The notes under the pieces were generated by a model. That model was not told the DNA's origin. It was given only the letters and a program-made list of their open reading frames with translations, and ran no database searches. From a virus (taxonomy: Duplodnaviria; Caudoviricetes), in IMG/VR virus record IMGVR_UViG_3300008255_000328, positions 1 through 31,379 of that record: a DNA stretch of 31,379 nt, one strand, 5' to 3'. Position 1 is the first letter of the stretch, and each line of letters begins with the position of its first letter. Shown here piece after piece: positions 9,392 through 19,667 of this stretch. The position numbers were made by a program, and so were the translations under genes.

Positions 9392-11003
9392 TAACTCGTT
9401 AGTCGCGTACGCCAACGAACAGCGTATGTTCGCCTCCTACCGGCCGCGTGCCGCGCAGGCTAAGTTGCTGATCTATGGCATCGATGACGCCAAGTACAGC
9501 CACGAGGCTGTCGAGGTTGACGTGGCATCGATGGAGATCCACCAGGAGGAGTACAAGCACGACGTTGCGATCATCCGCGTGCGCCCGAACAACTCGCTGC
9601 GGAAGGCACTCCGTCACCTCCGTCCCGTGAAGTTGCGTTGGGGCTACTCGTCTGGGGACGGGGGCCGTTCAACGTTCTACGGCTACGTCCACAGCACAGA
9701 CTTCGAACACCGTCCAGGACGTCGTCTCATGGAGGTAACGCTGATCGGTGCGACGTACCGCATGCGCACACGACGTAACAAGTTGTGGTTGGACGACGCG
9801 GCGACCTACCCCGTGCTGTGGCACGCTGAGCGGCACTACTTCGGGGTGTACACACAGAACAAGCGCCTCCGTCGCTTCCGTCGTCTGATGCAGACCACCC
9901 GCCAGACCGATTGGCAATTCCTGGTGGAGGTTGCGCAGCGCAGTGGTTGCACGCTGTACAACAAGGGAACCTCCCTGCGTCTGTACCGTCGGGACTCACC
10001 CCCAGACCGTCTTTATCGCTTCGCTCCGGTCTTCGATGTGCGCCGTAGGGAGATCCGTCGGTTCCACATCACCGAGGGCCTAGACGGGGGCAATGTGGCC
10101 CGTCCTGACATGCTCTCAGACCTTCTCCGGGGTGTGCGGGCGGGGACCTCCTCTGACGGGTGGTTCTATGATCCGATCAGCCGGGAGAACGGGCTGGCTT
10201 ACATCGCCTCCAACAACGCAGAACTGTTGAGTGTGGATCAGGCGCTCCAGATCTCCGACGGGTACTCCCGCGCGGACTCCGCGCGAGTGATGCACTACGG
10301 TCGACCGCAGTCACCTTCCTCAAGCCCATCGCAGGACACCACGTCGTTCATCGATCGCATCACGGACAATGGGTGGCACCCAGACTCCCTGGGCGAACTG
10401 ATGGACGAACTCCGGGCGCACCGTCGTTTAAACAGTCGCCCTTACAAGGCGCGTGCTCGTCTCGCCGGGAACCCCAAGGTGCACCAGGGAATGGTGGTCA
10501 ACCTTCTCGGACTGGACCGGGGAAGTGGACTGTGGTACGTCGAGAAGGTCGAGCACAAGTTGACCACCGACCGCTACTACATGGACTGCATCCTCTCCAA
10601 GGAATCCCTGGACGAAGACTCCCGCCGTCCGTGGCCCATCTGGGTGTCCCCGCTGGTTCCGATGGTGCCGGTGGATCCCCCGGTATCTTCACGCCCTGAT
10701 CCCTCGTACACATCACCAGATCCGACGAACCCGTTCCCCATCGATCTTCCAGTGCTGGTACTCCCTGAGCCGCCCCTTCTGCCGACCAATCCGACCGAAA
10801 CCGAGGATGGGACCTCCCCGTTCCCCACCATCCCCGGTGACTTCGGGAACGACCCAGCCGATGGGTCCCTGGTGATTGACGAGGATGTGCTCATGCACCG
10901 TGCCCCCTCGTGTCCTGTCCAGTCACGACCCTTCAACTCATCCGGTGAATGGAGAAGTAAGGTGGTAGGAATCACACAATGGCCTACCGAAGATGACTCT
11001 TAA
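9384..11003 (+). CDS. baseplate hub protein (P2 GpD / T4 gp27 / VgrG N-terminal-like) with Pro-rich C-terminal tail
   Basis: 'QTDWQFLVEVAQRSG', 'GNPKVHQGMVVNLLGL..SGLWYVEKVEH'; directly precedes the spike. TTG start uncertain. Confidence 0.8.
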   Translation: MPSNSLVAYANEQRMFASYRPRAAQAKLLIYGIDDAKYSHEAVEVDVASMEIHQEEYKHDVAIIRVRPNNSLRKALRHLRPVKLRWGYSSGDGGRSTFYGYVHSTDFEHRPGRRLMEVTLIGATYRMRTRRNKLWLDDAATYPVLWHAERHYFGVYTQNKRLRRFRRLMQTTRQTDWQFLVEVAQRSGCTLYNKGTSLRLYRRDSPPDRLYRFAPVFDVRRREIRRFHITEGLDGGNVARPDMLSDLLRGVRAGTSSDGWFYDPISRENGLAYIASNNAELLSVDQALQISDGYSRADSARVMHYGRPQSPSSSPSQDTTSFIDRITDNGWHPDSLGELMDELRAHRRLNSRPYKARARLAGNPKVHQGMVVNLLGLDRGSGLWYVEKVEHKLTTDRYYMDCILSKESLDEDSRRPWPIWVSPLVPMVPVDPPVSSRPDPSYTSPDPTNPFPIDLPVLVLPEPPLLPTNPTETEDGTSPFPTIPGDFGNDPADGSLVIDEDVLMHRAPSCPVQSRPFNSSGEWRSKVVGITQWPTEDDS

Positions 11004-14000
11004 CTCTTACCCCGGAATCTACCGAGGAATTGTCTCGGACAATGACGACCCCCTAAAGAGGGGTCGTCTCATTCTGCGTGTCCCGCATGTTACCGGAAAT
11101 GAGGTAACTGACTGGGCGTGGCCGTGTCTTCCAGGTCGGGGTCACGGTCAGCACACCCTCCCAGTTGGACACGAGGTCTGGGTGTCCTTCGTAGGTGGGA
11201 ACCCCGAACAGCCGGTGTGGATGGGAACAGCCCAGTACGACGGGAGTCAGCGTCCTTCCCAGATGGCGTGGCGGGGCGGGTGGATCGACTCCACCGACTA
11301 CTACGACGGTGACGTCGTCTCGTGGGAGGGCTACACCTACATCGCGCGTCCTGGTGGTGGGGGGAAGATCCCCAAGAACACCGAGCCGCCGACTGGTGCG
11401 TGGGACGTCTTTGCACCCAACCCTGACCACTTCCATGAGCACGACCACAGCCACCCGGTCGAGGGAGTCACCCCACTCCAGACAACTGCGTCTCTGGGTG
11501 CGGACTTTGACGGTAGCGGAATCGGACCTGCGGGTGGTTCCGGGTCGGGCACCGGGGGGACCGGAGGCTCCGGAGGGGGTGGAGGAGGAACCGTAACCTC
11601 CGTCAGTGGGACCGCGCCGATCCAATCAACGGGCGGCAGTGACCCGATCATCACCATCCTCCCTGCGACCACGTCAGCAGCGGGGTCGATGTCGGCTGCG
11701 GACAAGACCAAGTTGGACGGCATCGAGGCAGGTGCTACCACTGACCAGACCAAGGCTGACATCGACGCACTGAACATTGCCGCGTCGTTCTTAAAGGACG
11801 GGGGTAACCAGCGTTCCTACCCCTACATCGTAGATCGTGCGAACCACACTGGTCTACAACTCGCCGCAACCATCTCGGACTTTCAGACCCAGGTGAGAAG
11901 CAACCGGTTGGACCAGTTTGGTTCGCCGACAGCCGACCTGAACATCAATGCCAAGCGCCTTACCAACGTCGCGGATCCAGTTGCAGATGCAGATGCAGCA
12001 ACACGCGCTTACGTTGAGACACGTATCGTCGGACACAATCACGATGCACTTGTTCACGAACACGACGAGACGTACTCACAACTGGGCCACGTCCACAGTC
12101 AGTACTTCCTGTCAGCCGACCACACCACAGCGGCGCACAACGCACTTGGGATCGATGCAGCAACAGTGGGAACCCGCAATGCTGCATACCTGCTTAACCG
12201 TGCGAACCAGACTGGTGATGTTCCTGTCGCCAACGTGGGCGGGTTTGATTCTGCGGTGCGCGGGTACCGCCTGGATCAGTTCGTCCAGCCTGGTGCGACT
12301 CTGGACTTCAACAACCAGCGCGTGCTCAATGTCACAGTTGGTCCCACCCCCAGTGCCGGTGACGCGGCGAACGTCGGCTACGTGGACACCCAGATCGGCG
12401 GGCACGAGCACACCGAATACTTCCTGGCTGACAACCACACCCAGACCAACCACGATGCATTTGGGTACCTGAAGGAAATCGAACACACCAAGGCGCTTCA
12501 CGACGTCCTTGGTATCGACGCCGGGACGCTGGACGGGCTAGATAGCACCCAGTTCGCCCGCAGCGACGTCGTGACCAACCACGTAGCCCTCAGTGACCCC
12601 CACGCCCAGTACGTGCTGGAGACGGCGTTTGACGCGCACCACCACGATGCCGTCTACGTCAATGAATCTGACCACACCAAGGTGTCCCATGACGCCTTGG
12701 GCATTGACGCGGCAACGGTTGGGGGTTTAAACAGCACCGCCCTGCTTGGTCGCGGGAACCACACCGGAACCCAGCCCGCAAGCACCATCTCGGACTTCAA
12801 TGCGGCGGTGCGAACCAACCGCCTCAGTGAAATGGCTGTACCCACCACCGACATCAACCTGAATGGAGTCCAACTAACCAACGCGGGATTCGCGGGGGCT
12901 GCCGAACCCAACACCCTCACACCACGCTGGTACGTTGACCACCAGACAAACAACCACGATTCGTTCCACGATGACCGGTTCGTTCAGATTGCCAACCACA
13001 CCACCGCCGCGCACAACGGCCTCAACATTACCGCAGCGAACCTCAAGGACGGAACGTCGCCTGCAAGAGATGTGGCATACCTCGTTGCGCGTGCGAACCA
13101 CACAGGCACCCAGCCACTGTCAACGGTCAGTGGGCACAACAAGACCGCGCATGATGGGTTCGGGTACTACGACGCCAGCACCCACACCAAGGCCCTTCAT
13201 GACTCCTTGTCAATCAACGCGGGCACCGTAGGTTCTGCGACTGCTGCACAACTTCGTGATCGTGCGACACACACCGGCACACAGACCGCTGCAACCATCT
13301 CGGACTTCAACACTGCTGTTCGTACAAACCGTTTAAACGAACTCACCGCCCCCAGTGCTGCGGTGTCCATGGCGAGTCAGAAGATCACCAATCTCGCGAC
13401 TCCTACGCTGAGCGCGGATGCGGCGACCAAGGGCTACGTGGACACCCAGATCGCAACGCACGACGGTCAGCACGACGATCGTTTCATCCAGATCACCAAC
13501 CACACCAAGGCTCTCCATGATGGCCTTGGAATTGATGCTGCGACTGTAGGAACACGGGCACCTGCGTACCTACTGGACCGGGTGAACCACACCGGGTCAC
13601 AGACGGCCAGCACCATCTCCGACTTCAACACAGCCGTTCGGACCAACCGCCTGAACCAGATGGCGTCCCCCAGCGGCGCTGTGTCGATGGCGAACCAGAA
13701 GATCACGAGCGTGGGCGACCCATCCTTCGCCCAGGACGCGGTCAACCTTCGCACACTCGAAGCGCGCGTGGGTACAGCGAGCACAAACACCAACGCCTAT
13801 GTGGACACGCAGATTGCGAACCACGACAACCAGCACCACCTGAACGAACTCGCCGCCGTGGCGAATGTCACCGTCGGCGGGTTCAAGATCACCAACGTGG
13901 GTGCTCCCACACTGCCTGCTGATGCGACCAACAAGTCGTACGTGGACAACTCCGTATCTACTGCGGTAGCCCCATTGGCGTCAACCTCGTACGTGGATGT

Positions 14001-14487
14001 GCAGATCGCGGGTCACGACACCCAACACACCCTCAACGAGTTAGCCCTCACGGGTGACCTCTCCCTGGCTACCCGTAAGATCACCAGCCTCGGCAGCCCG
14101 GTGAACCCGCAGGACGCAACCAACAAGGGTTATGTAGATGGGCGTGTGTCGGACGCAGTTGCTCCCTTGGCGGAAACCACCTACGTGGACAACCTCGTGG
14201 CGACTGAGATCGCCAATCATGACGTCGAACACGCGCTGAACGAATTGGTCCCCACCGCAAACCTATCGCTGGGCGGCTTCCGCATCCAGAACGTCGGGGA
14301 GCCGGTCCTGGAGGCCGACGCCGCCACGCGCGGGTTCGTCATCGACCAGTTGCAGACCGGACCCGCTGGCTTCGTGTTCTTCTCTGGAAACGAGGATCCG
14401 GTAGACGGCGAACCCGGAGACTTCTACTACAATCCTGTACTGGGACAGTGGAGATACTTCAACGGAATCTCCTGGTTGGAAGCATGA
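10993..14487 (+). CDS. baseplate spike (gp5/GpV OB-fold) fused to a long His-rich repetitive fibre
   Basis: N-terminus 'GIYRGIVSDNDDPLKRGRL..RVP..WAWPC..VGHEVWVSFVGGNPEQPVWMG'; then 'RANHTGTQ..TISDF..VRTNRL' and 'KITN...P....DAATK.YVD' repeats. Confidence 0.85.
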   Translation: MTLNSYPGIYRGIVSDNDDPLKRGRLILRVPHVTGNEVTDWAWPCLPGRGHGQHTLPVGHEVWVSFVGGNPEQPVWMGTAQYDGSQRPSQMAWRGGWIDSTDYYDGDVVSWEGYTYIARPGGGGKIPKNTEPPTGAWDVFAPNPDHFHEHDHSHPVEGVTPLQTTASLGADFDGSGIGPAGGSGSGTGGTGGSGGGGGGTVTSVSGTAPIQSTGGSDPIITILPATTSAAGSMSAADKTKLDGIEAGATTDQTKADIDALNIAASFLKDGGNQRSYPYIVDRANHTGLQLAATISDFQTQVRSNRLDQFGSPTADLNINAKRLTNVADPVADADAATRAYVETRIVGHNHDALVHEHDETYSQLGHVHSQYFLSADHTTAAHNALGIDAATVGTRNAAYLLNRANQTGDVPVANVGGFDSAVRGYRLDQFVQPGATLDFNNQRVLNVTVGPTPSAGDAANVGYVDTQIGGHEHTEYFLADNHTQTNHDAFGYLKEIEHTKALHDVLGIDAGTLDGLDSTQFARSDVVTNHVALSDPHAQYVLETAFDAHHHDAVYVNESDHTKVSHDALGIDAATVGGLNSTALLGRGNHTGTQPASTISDFNAAVRTNRLSEMAVPTTDINLNGVQLTNAGFAGAAEPNTLTPRWYVDHQTNNHDSFHDDRFVQIANHTTAAHNGLNITAANLKDGTSPARDVAYLVARANHTGTQPLSTVSGHNKTAHDGFGYYDASTHTKALHDSLSINAGTVGSATAAQLRDRATHTGTQTAATISDFNTAVRTNRLNELTAPSAAVSMASQKITNLATPTLSADAATKGYVDTQIATHDGQHDDRFIQITNHTKALHDGLGIDAATVGTRAPAYLLDRVNHTGSQTASTISDFNTAVRTNRLNQMASPSGAVSMANQKITSVGDPSFAQDAVNLRTLEARVGTASTNTNAYVDTQIANHDNQHHLNELAAVANVTVGGFKITNVGAPTLPADATNKSYVDNSVSTAVAPLASTSYVDVQIAGHDTQHTLNELALTGDLSLATRKITSLGSPVNPQDATNKGYVDGRVSDAVAPLAETTYVDNLVATEIANHDVEHALNELVPTANLSLGGFRIQNVGEPVLEADAATRGFVIDQLQTGPAGFVFFSGNEDPVDGEPGDFYYNPVLGQWRYFNGISWLEA

Positions 14488-15425
14488 GCAACAGACCTCG
14501 CCTGCCTCGTTTAAACACCTTCCCCGTCAACGCGGTGACTGGTCAGACGTTCTTTCACACTGGGAAGATGCTCCCGTACTACTACACCGGGTCCGGGTGG
14601 CGTCCCCTGAACACTGGTCCTAATGCGAAGTTAGAGGATCAGAGTCAGTTGTCGGACGTACTGGATCACGTACTCACTTTTCCGAATCAGGTACAAAACA
14701 CCCACAGTGATGAGTTTGAAACCACTGTTGAATTACCTGAACAGAACTCCCTTGATGATGAGTTATTTACTGTTAATGGAGACATCACACCACCTGACGA
14801 CTTCGCATTTTATTCTAGTACGGGACAGGAAACAGTCCACATTCCCTCGCTCTCGTTTGTAGCACGTGAGAGCACATGGATCCGGGAGAGTAGTCCTTCC
14901 TCAAAGGGATCTACCTCTTCTTTTATTAATGTCCAGGGTCCCGCCGCACTAGGGGGCAACCGTGCAAAGGCGTACGTTGGGTTTGACTTTGGGATGTTCA
15001 GCAACATCACCATGACGAGCCCTACGGGGGCACGATCAACCCAGAATTTTTCTATCTACGCGAGGTACCAAACCTCTACAGGAGATCTCCGAACTTCGTT
15101 TACCTTGTCCTACTCGGCCTACCGGTACTTCAACCCACCCAATCTTGTTGACCACACGTGGAACACCAATGATGGTGGACTGCCATTTGGGACTAAGTCG
15201 TTGATTGCTACCGGTTCAAATACCGTCAACACCGACACCTTCGCCTTTGAGCCTTTCGGACTCATCGGCACCACGGCAGACGACGTCATCAATAATCATG
15301 ACTACCTTCTGTACGAGTTCTCATCCACAGAAACTGACGCGGACATCCGAATCATCGGTGTGCCCTACAGCACTCTGCCTGAGCGGCGTCCAAGGGCCGA
15401 TCTCAACAACCTGTATGTACTATAG
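14484..15425 (+). CDS. hypothetical virion protein, possibly spike/fibre tip associated
   Basis: ATG 14484 overlaps the spike stop (ATGA), a better start than 14448; Ser/Thr/aromatic-rich; more AT-rich codons. Confidence 0.6.
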   Translation: MSNRPRLPRLNTFPVNAVTGQTFFHTGKMLPYYYTGSGWRPLNTGPNAKLEDQSQLSDVLDHVLTFPNQVQNTHSDEFETTVELPEQNSLDDELFTVNGDITPPDDFAFYSSTGQETVHIPSLSFVARESTWIRESSPSSKGSTSSFINVQGPAALGGNRAKAYVGFDFGMFSNITMTSPTGARSTQNFSIYARYQTSTGDLRTSFTLSYSAYRYFNPPNLVDHTWNTNDGGLPFGTKSLIATGSNTVNTDTFAFEPFGLIGTTADDVINNHDYLLYEFSSTETDADIRIIGVPYSTLPERRPRADLNNLYVL

Positions 15426-15433
15426 GACGAACC

Positions 15434-15973
15434 ATGAAGACTCCACTTAGCGACGAGATGAAGGTCGGCGGCGTACTCACCGCCGCGATCAAGGCCCAGT
15501 TCCCTGAGCGGGCTGTAATTCAGGGTGCCGACGTATCTGACCACGATGGTCTGATCATCGTGAAGCGCCACAACGCCTTCCTCACCCAGGGCTTACAACG
15601 GGTGATCGACCGTCTTTTCGAACCCCTGACTGGTGCGAACACGGGACTCTCACACATCGGGCTGGGGGGTGACAACACCGCCGTGACCGCGTCCACCACA
15701 ACGCTTGGCACCCCGAACAACATCAAGCCCCTGACCAACACGTCCCGCGCGCTCACGTATGGACAGGGCGAGGCCACCTGGACCAACGTGGATGTTGCCT
15801 TCCCGATCTACAAGGCGGGGCTGTTATGGGGCACCGCCCCCACTGACGTCGCCAACATCATCGGAGGGTCCGGTGGGTCGGCACCCTACGACCGCTCCTT
15901 CACGATGGACCTCACCAACGCGGGTGAGTGGACCATGACCGTACGTATCCGAGTCACCGCACTGGCGCTGTAA
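15434..15973 (+). CDS. hypothetical structural protein
   Basis: 179 aa, RBS AGGA, TAATG-coupled to gp25; 'SHIGLGGDNTAVTASTTTL' resembles minor tail protein segments. Confidence 0.65.
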   Translation: MKTPLSDEMKVGGVLTAAIKAQFPERAVIQGADVSDHDGLIIVKRHNAFLTQGLQRVIDRLFEPLTGANTGLSHIGLGGDNTAVTASTTTLGTPNNIKPLTNTSRALTYGQGEATWTNVDVAFPIYKAGLLWGTAPTDVANIIGGSGGSAPYDRSFTMDLTNAGEWTMTVRIRVTALAL

Positions 15974-16386
15974 TGGCGATCACCGAACGTCTCCCAACCG
16001 CGATCGATACCCCGTTCCACTTCGACGGGTTTGGTCGTGTGGCTTTCACGCGCGATCCTGCGGTACAGGCCGTGAACCGCCTGGCTGGTCTGATCGACAC
16101 CCAGTACGGCGAGCGCGTCATGCGTCCCAACTTCGGGACCGACGCACGCAAGATGGTCTTCGAAAACCGCAACAAGGGCAACATCGGAATCGCGATGAGT
16201 GACATCCAGCGCGCGGTGAACCTCTGGGAAAGCGAGACACCCCTTCTCCGTGTGAGTTCCAGCATCGATGACTCTGCCCCTGAGCGTTTAAACCTCGATG
16301 TGGCATTCTCCATCTTCAACGAACAGGGTGAGAAGGAAGTCTACGAGGCCGTGATTGAGATCGGTGGAGAGGTGGTCAACCAGTAA
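15973..16386 (+). CDS. baseplate wedge / sheath initiator (GpW/gp25 family)
   Basis: 'TQYGERVMRPNFGT..MVFE', 'AVNLWE'; start set at ATG 15973 from the TAATG overlap. Confidence 0.92.
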   Translation: MAITERLPTAIDTPFHFDGFGRVAFTRDPAVQAVNRLAGLIDTQYGERVMRPNFGTDARKMVFENRNKGNIGIAMSDIQRAVNLWESETPLLRVSSSIDDSAPERLNLDVAFSIFNEQGEKEVYEAVIEIGGEVVNQ

Positions 16387-17870
16387 TGGCACAGAACCCG
16401 AGAGCGCCTGTGCCTCCGGTGGACTACACGTCACGGGACTGGCTTGGATTCCGCGAGTTCATGCTGCGCGCGGCGCAACAGAAGGTCCCGGAGTGGGAGA
16501 CGCGAAAGGCGTCTGACTTCGGTGTTCTCCTGGTGGAACTGTTCGCCTACATGGGGGACATCCTGTCCTTCTACGGTGATCGGATCGCCAACGAGTCCTA
16601 CCTGCGTACCGCTGTCCAGCGACGGTCGGTGCTGGACATCGCCAACATGCTGGGCTACATCCCGTCTCGTGGATCCGCTGCGACCGTCACCCTTCAGTTC
16701 TCCATCCTGGACGGGGCGACGAACACGCCTGACGAACTCTTCTACATCCCCGCGTGCACTCAGGTGCAGACCAAGGACAACGTGGACTCCGCTCCGGTGA
16801 TCTTCGAACTAGACGAGGACACCTTCCTTGACACAGCCCTGACGCCGGGGCAGAACGACACAGTCAACGTCACCGCGACCGAGGGTGTGAAGGTCCAGCA
16901 GGAGTCTCTGGGTGTCTCCTCAGGAGCGGCCAACCAGCGCTTCGTGTTGGCGCAGTCTCCGGTCATCGAAGGGACTGTGGAGATCTATGTTGACGAAGGT
17001 GTTGGATTCACATTGTGGCAGCGGGTGAACAACCTCCTGGAGGGTGGGGCCAGCGAGGCTACGTATTCCCTGCTGACCGACGAAACCGGTGTGACGGTCA
17101 TCCGCTTCGGTGACGACCGCAACGGTCGAGTGCCCCTCGTGGGGTCCCAGATTCGTGCGAACTACCGCGTCGGTGGAGGGCAGCGGGGCAACGTCGAGGC
17201 CAACAAGTTGGTCCGATTGGTAGAGCCCCTGGAGGGTGTCCTCTCGGTGACCAATCCACTACCCGCGTCCGGCGGGGCTGACCCGGAGTCGCTGAACGAG
17301 ATCCGTGTGAACGCACCCAAGGCGCTCAGCACCCTAGAACGTGCGGTCAGCCTGGTGGACCACGCCAACCTCTGTCTCCGTGTTCCTGGCGTGGCGCGTG
17401 CCACAGCCGTGGATCAGGGAGTCATCACCAACACCCAGAACATCGATCTGGTGGTCAAGGCCACCGGGGGTAACAACGCGTCAACTACGCTCAAGGAGCA
17501 GGTACGTAAGTACATTCAGGAACGGACCATGATCAACCATCTGGTGACCGTGGTGGACGCTACGGACGTACAGGTGGACATCACGGTGACCGTCGTAGTG
17601 CAAGAGAACTTCTCTCAGCAGCGGGTACAGGAAGCCGTGGAACTCAACCTTGCGAGGCTTCTATCTTTTGACCGAGTAGACTTCAATCACCGCTTGACTG
17701 TGTCCGCTGTGTACAACGTGATCCAATCAACCTCTGGAGTTGACTACGGGGCGGTGGACATTCTTGCGCGCACTGGACTAAACGGTGTGGGCGACATCGA
17801 ATTCATTGGTGATGAGTTCCCACGTGTAGGAACCATCACCGTCAACGTCAGCGGAGGTATCCAGGAGTAA
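16386..17870 (+). CDS. baseplate J-like wedge protein (T4 gp6 / Afp11-like)
   Basis: 'DYTSRDW', 'DFGVLLVELFAYMGDILSFYGDRIANESYL.TA', 'RFGD..NGRVP', 'YRVGGG..GNV', 'ASGGADPES', 'RAVS..D'. Confidence 0.95.
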   Translation: MAQNPRAPVPPVDYTSRDWLGFREFMLRAAQQKVPEWETRKASDFGVLLVELFAYMGDILSFYGDRIANESYLRTAVQRRSVLDIANMLGYIPSRGSAATVTLQFSILDGATNTPDELFYIPACTQVQTKDNVDSAPVIFELDEDTFLDTALTPGQNDTVNVTATEGVKVQQESLGVSSGAANQRFVLAQSPVIEGTVEIYVDEGVGFTLWQRVNNLLEGGASEATYSLLTDETGVTVIRFGDDRNGRVPLVGSQIRANYRVGGGQRGNVEANKLVRLVEPLEGVLSVTNPLPASGGADPESLNEIRVNAPKALSTLERAVSLVDHANLCLRVPGVARATAVDQGVITNTQNIDLVVKATGGNNASTTLKEQVRKYIQERTMINHLVTVVDATDVQVDITVTVVVQENFSQQRVQEAVELNLARLLSFDRVDFNHRLTVSAVYNVIQSTSGVDYGAVDILARTGLNGVGDIEFIGDEFPRVGTITVNVSGGIQE

Positions 17871-18862
17871 TGGCTGCGTACCCAGGAACAATCAAGACCT
17901 TCCTCTCCAAGACCAACGTCATTGACTCGGTCCAGGCTTCGCACGTCAACGAACTCCAGGGCGAAGTCTCTGCGATCGAAACCGCGTTGGGAGCCAACGT
18001 AAACATCGACGCTGACGGTGTTAACCGAGGGTCAGTGCGTCAGCGTTTAAACACTCTTCAGACAGACAAGGTGTCAGAGAGCGACCACAACAACAGCCTT
18101 CACTCTGCCATCTCGCACAACGCACTTGCAGACCTGGCCTCAGGAAACCCACACACGCAGTACGTCAATCACAACCTCGCAACAAGTCGTGGGCAAGTGC
18201 TGGTGGGTGGCTTGGGAGGTGCGTCGGGGTTTAAGACCCTCAACCGAGGAGCGGCGGGAACCTACCTGACCCCGAACGGTAGTGGCGATTTGCAGTGGTC
18301 ACCCCTGCCTCAGCCTGATGGTGGTGCGAGGGTCATCCTCTCACAGAACCCCAACACCTTGGTGTACGGCACCACTGGGTGGCAGAACCTGCTGTACTTC
18401 GTCATGCCAGCGGGCTCGTTGGAGCACGGGGACCACCTCCGGATCACTCTTGCGGGTGACTACTTTGAAGGTACGACCCAGTACAACGATAGAAACCTAC
18501 GGGTTCTGATCAATGGTTCCCAGACCCTTGCGATGGCAGCGATTGGTAACCGTTGGGCAGTAACTACTGGCCGTACCGGATGGTGGACTGCTGATTTTGA
18601 TCTGTATGCCCTTACTCAGGGAGGGGTGTCTAACATTCGGGGACAGTTGGTTGCCAGCAACCTGGAATCCGGGGCGTCATGGGAAGGTTCGGCCAGCAAC
18701 TACCGTAGTTACAACTCGAACACCTATACCGGTCTGTCTTCTACACCGGCTCTCGACCTTACCGGTAACATCACATTCCATCTTCAGATCTATGGTAACT
18801 ACAACACCAACAACTCTTGGACTCGTACACGGTCCTTCAGTGCAATCACCAATCGCGCGTAA
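17870..18862 (+). CDS. putative tail fibre / receptor-binding protein
   Basis: N-terminal 'ASHVNELQGEVSAIETALG', 'NPHTQY' fibre motif, Trp/Tyr/Asn-rich C-terminal domain. Confidence 0.65.
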   Translation: MAAYPGTIKTFLSKTNVIDSVQASHVNELQGEVSAIETALGANVNIDADGVNRGSVRQRLNTLQTDKVSESDHNNSLHSAISHNALADLASGNPHTQYVNHNLATSRGQVLVGGLGGASGFKTLNRGAAGTYLTPNGSGDLQWSPLPQPDGGARVILSQNPNTLVYGTTGWQNLLYFVMPAGSLEHGDHLRITLAGDYFEGTTQYNDRNLRVLINGSQTLAMAAIGNRWAVTTGRTGWWTADFDLYALTQGGVSNIRGQLVASNLESGASWEGSASNYRSYNSNTYTGLSSTPALDLTGNITFHLQIYGNYNTNNSWTRTRSFSAITNRA

Positions 18863-18872
18863 GGTTTAAACA

Positions 18873-19667
18873 ATGGCTTACGATCCCGTCTACCCCGGCG
18901 CTATCTTTGGGCAGCCTGACCGCCAGAACCTCATTGAGGTTGTGGATGCGGAGCATGTCAACGCACTCCAAGACGAAATCACTGCGATTGAAACCGAACT
19001 GGGCGTCAATCCCTCCTCGACCTTCGCGACAGTTGGGGAGTACCTGAATGCTCTGGACGTCCGTACCCACGCCGAATGGGTAAACGGATCGCTGACTGAT
19101 GATCATTCTCAGTATCTTCTCAATTCATCAGGACTTCTGGGCGACCGACCGGCAGCATCTCGCGATGGAAAGGTCTACTTTGCCACTGATGAGACGATCC
19201 TGTACTACGACAATGGCGCATCCTGGAATCCGATCACAATCGCTGATCACGCGGACCTACAAAACCGCACAGCAGCAGATGCGCACACCCAGTACTTGAA
19301 CCGTGCGAACGACGTGGTCACTAACTACCGAGAAAAGGGTCAGGTGATCAACACCACAGGGTCATCAATCACATTGGACTTGTCCCTGTACAACAACTTC
19401 GTCATTAATCTCAGCAACTCTGTGTCTACGGTCACTCTCGCGAACGTCCCCGCAGTTGGCAATGAGTGGATCCACTTCACCGTAGTGATCAACCAAACCG
19501 GTGCCGGTGGAGGGTTCAATCTGACCTGGCCGTCATCATTCTTGTGGAACGAATCGATTATCCCACCACTCGCTAGAGACTTCGGCGCAATCTCGATGTA
19601 CACCTTCGTGTCATTTAATGCAGGAAGTTCTTGGCTTGGGTTTCTCACGGGATCGAACTTTGCGTAA
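18873..19667 (+). CDS. putative tail fibre protein, N-terminus paralogous to previous gene
   Basis: 'AEHVNALQDEITAIETELG', 'DDHSQYL', 'DAHTQYL', 'YFATDE..LYYDNGASW', beta-rich C-terminus. Confidence 0.65.
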   Translation: MAYDPVYPGAIFGQPDRQNLIEVVDAEHVNALQDEITAIETELGVNPSSTFATVGEYLNALDVRTHAEWVNGSLTDDHSQYLLNSSGLLGDRPAASRDGKVYFATDETILYYDNGASWNPITIADHADLQNRTAADAHTQYLNRANDVVTNYREKGQVINTTGSSITLDLSLYNNFVINLSNSVSTVTLANVPAVGNEWIHFTVVINQTGAGGGFNLTWPSSFLWNESIIPPLARDFGAISMYTFVSFNAGSSWLGFLTGSNFA

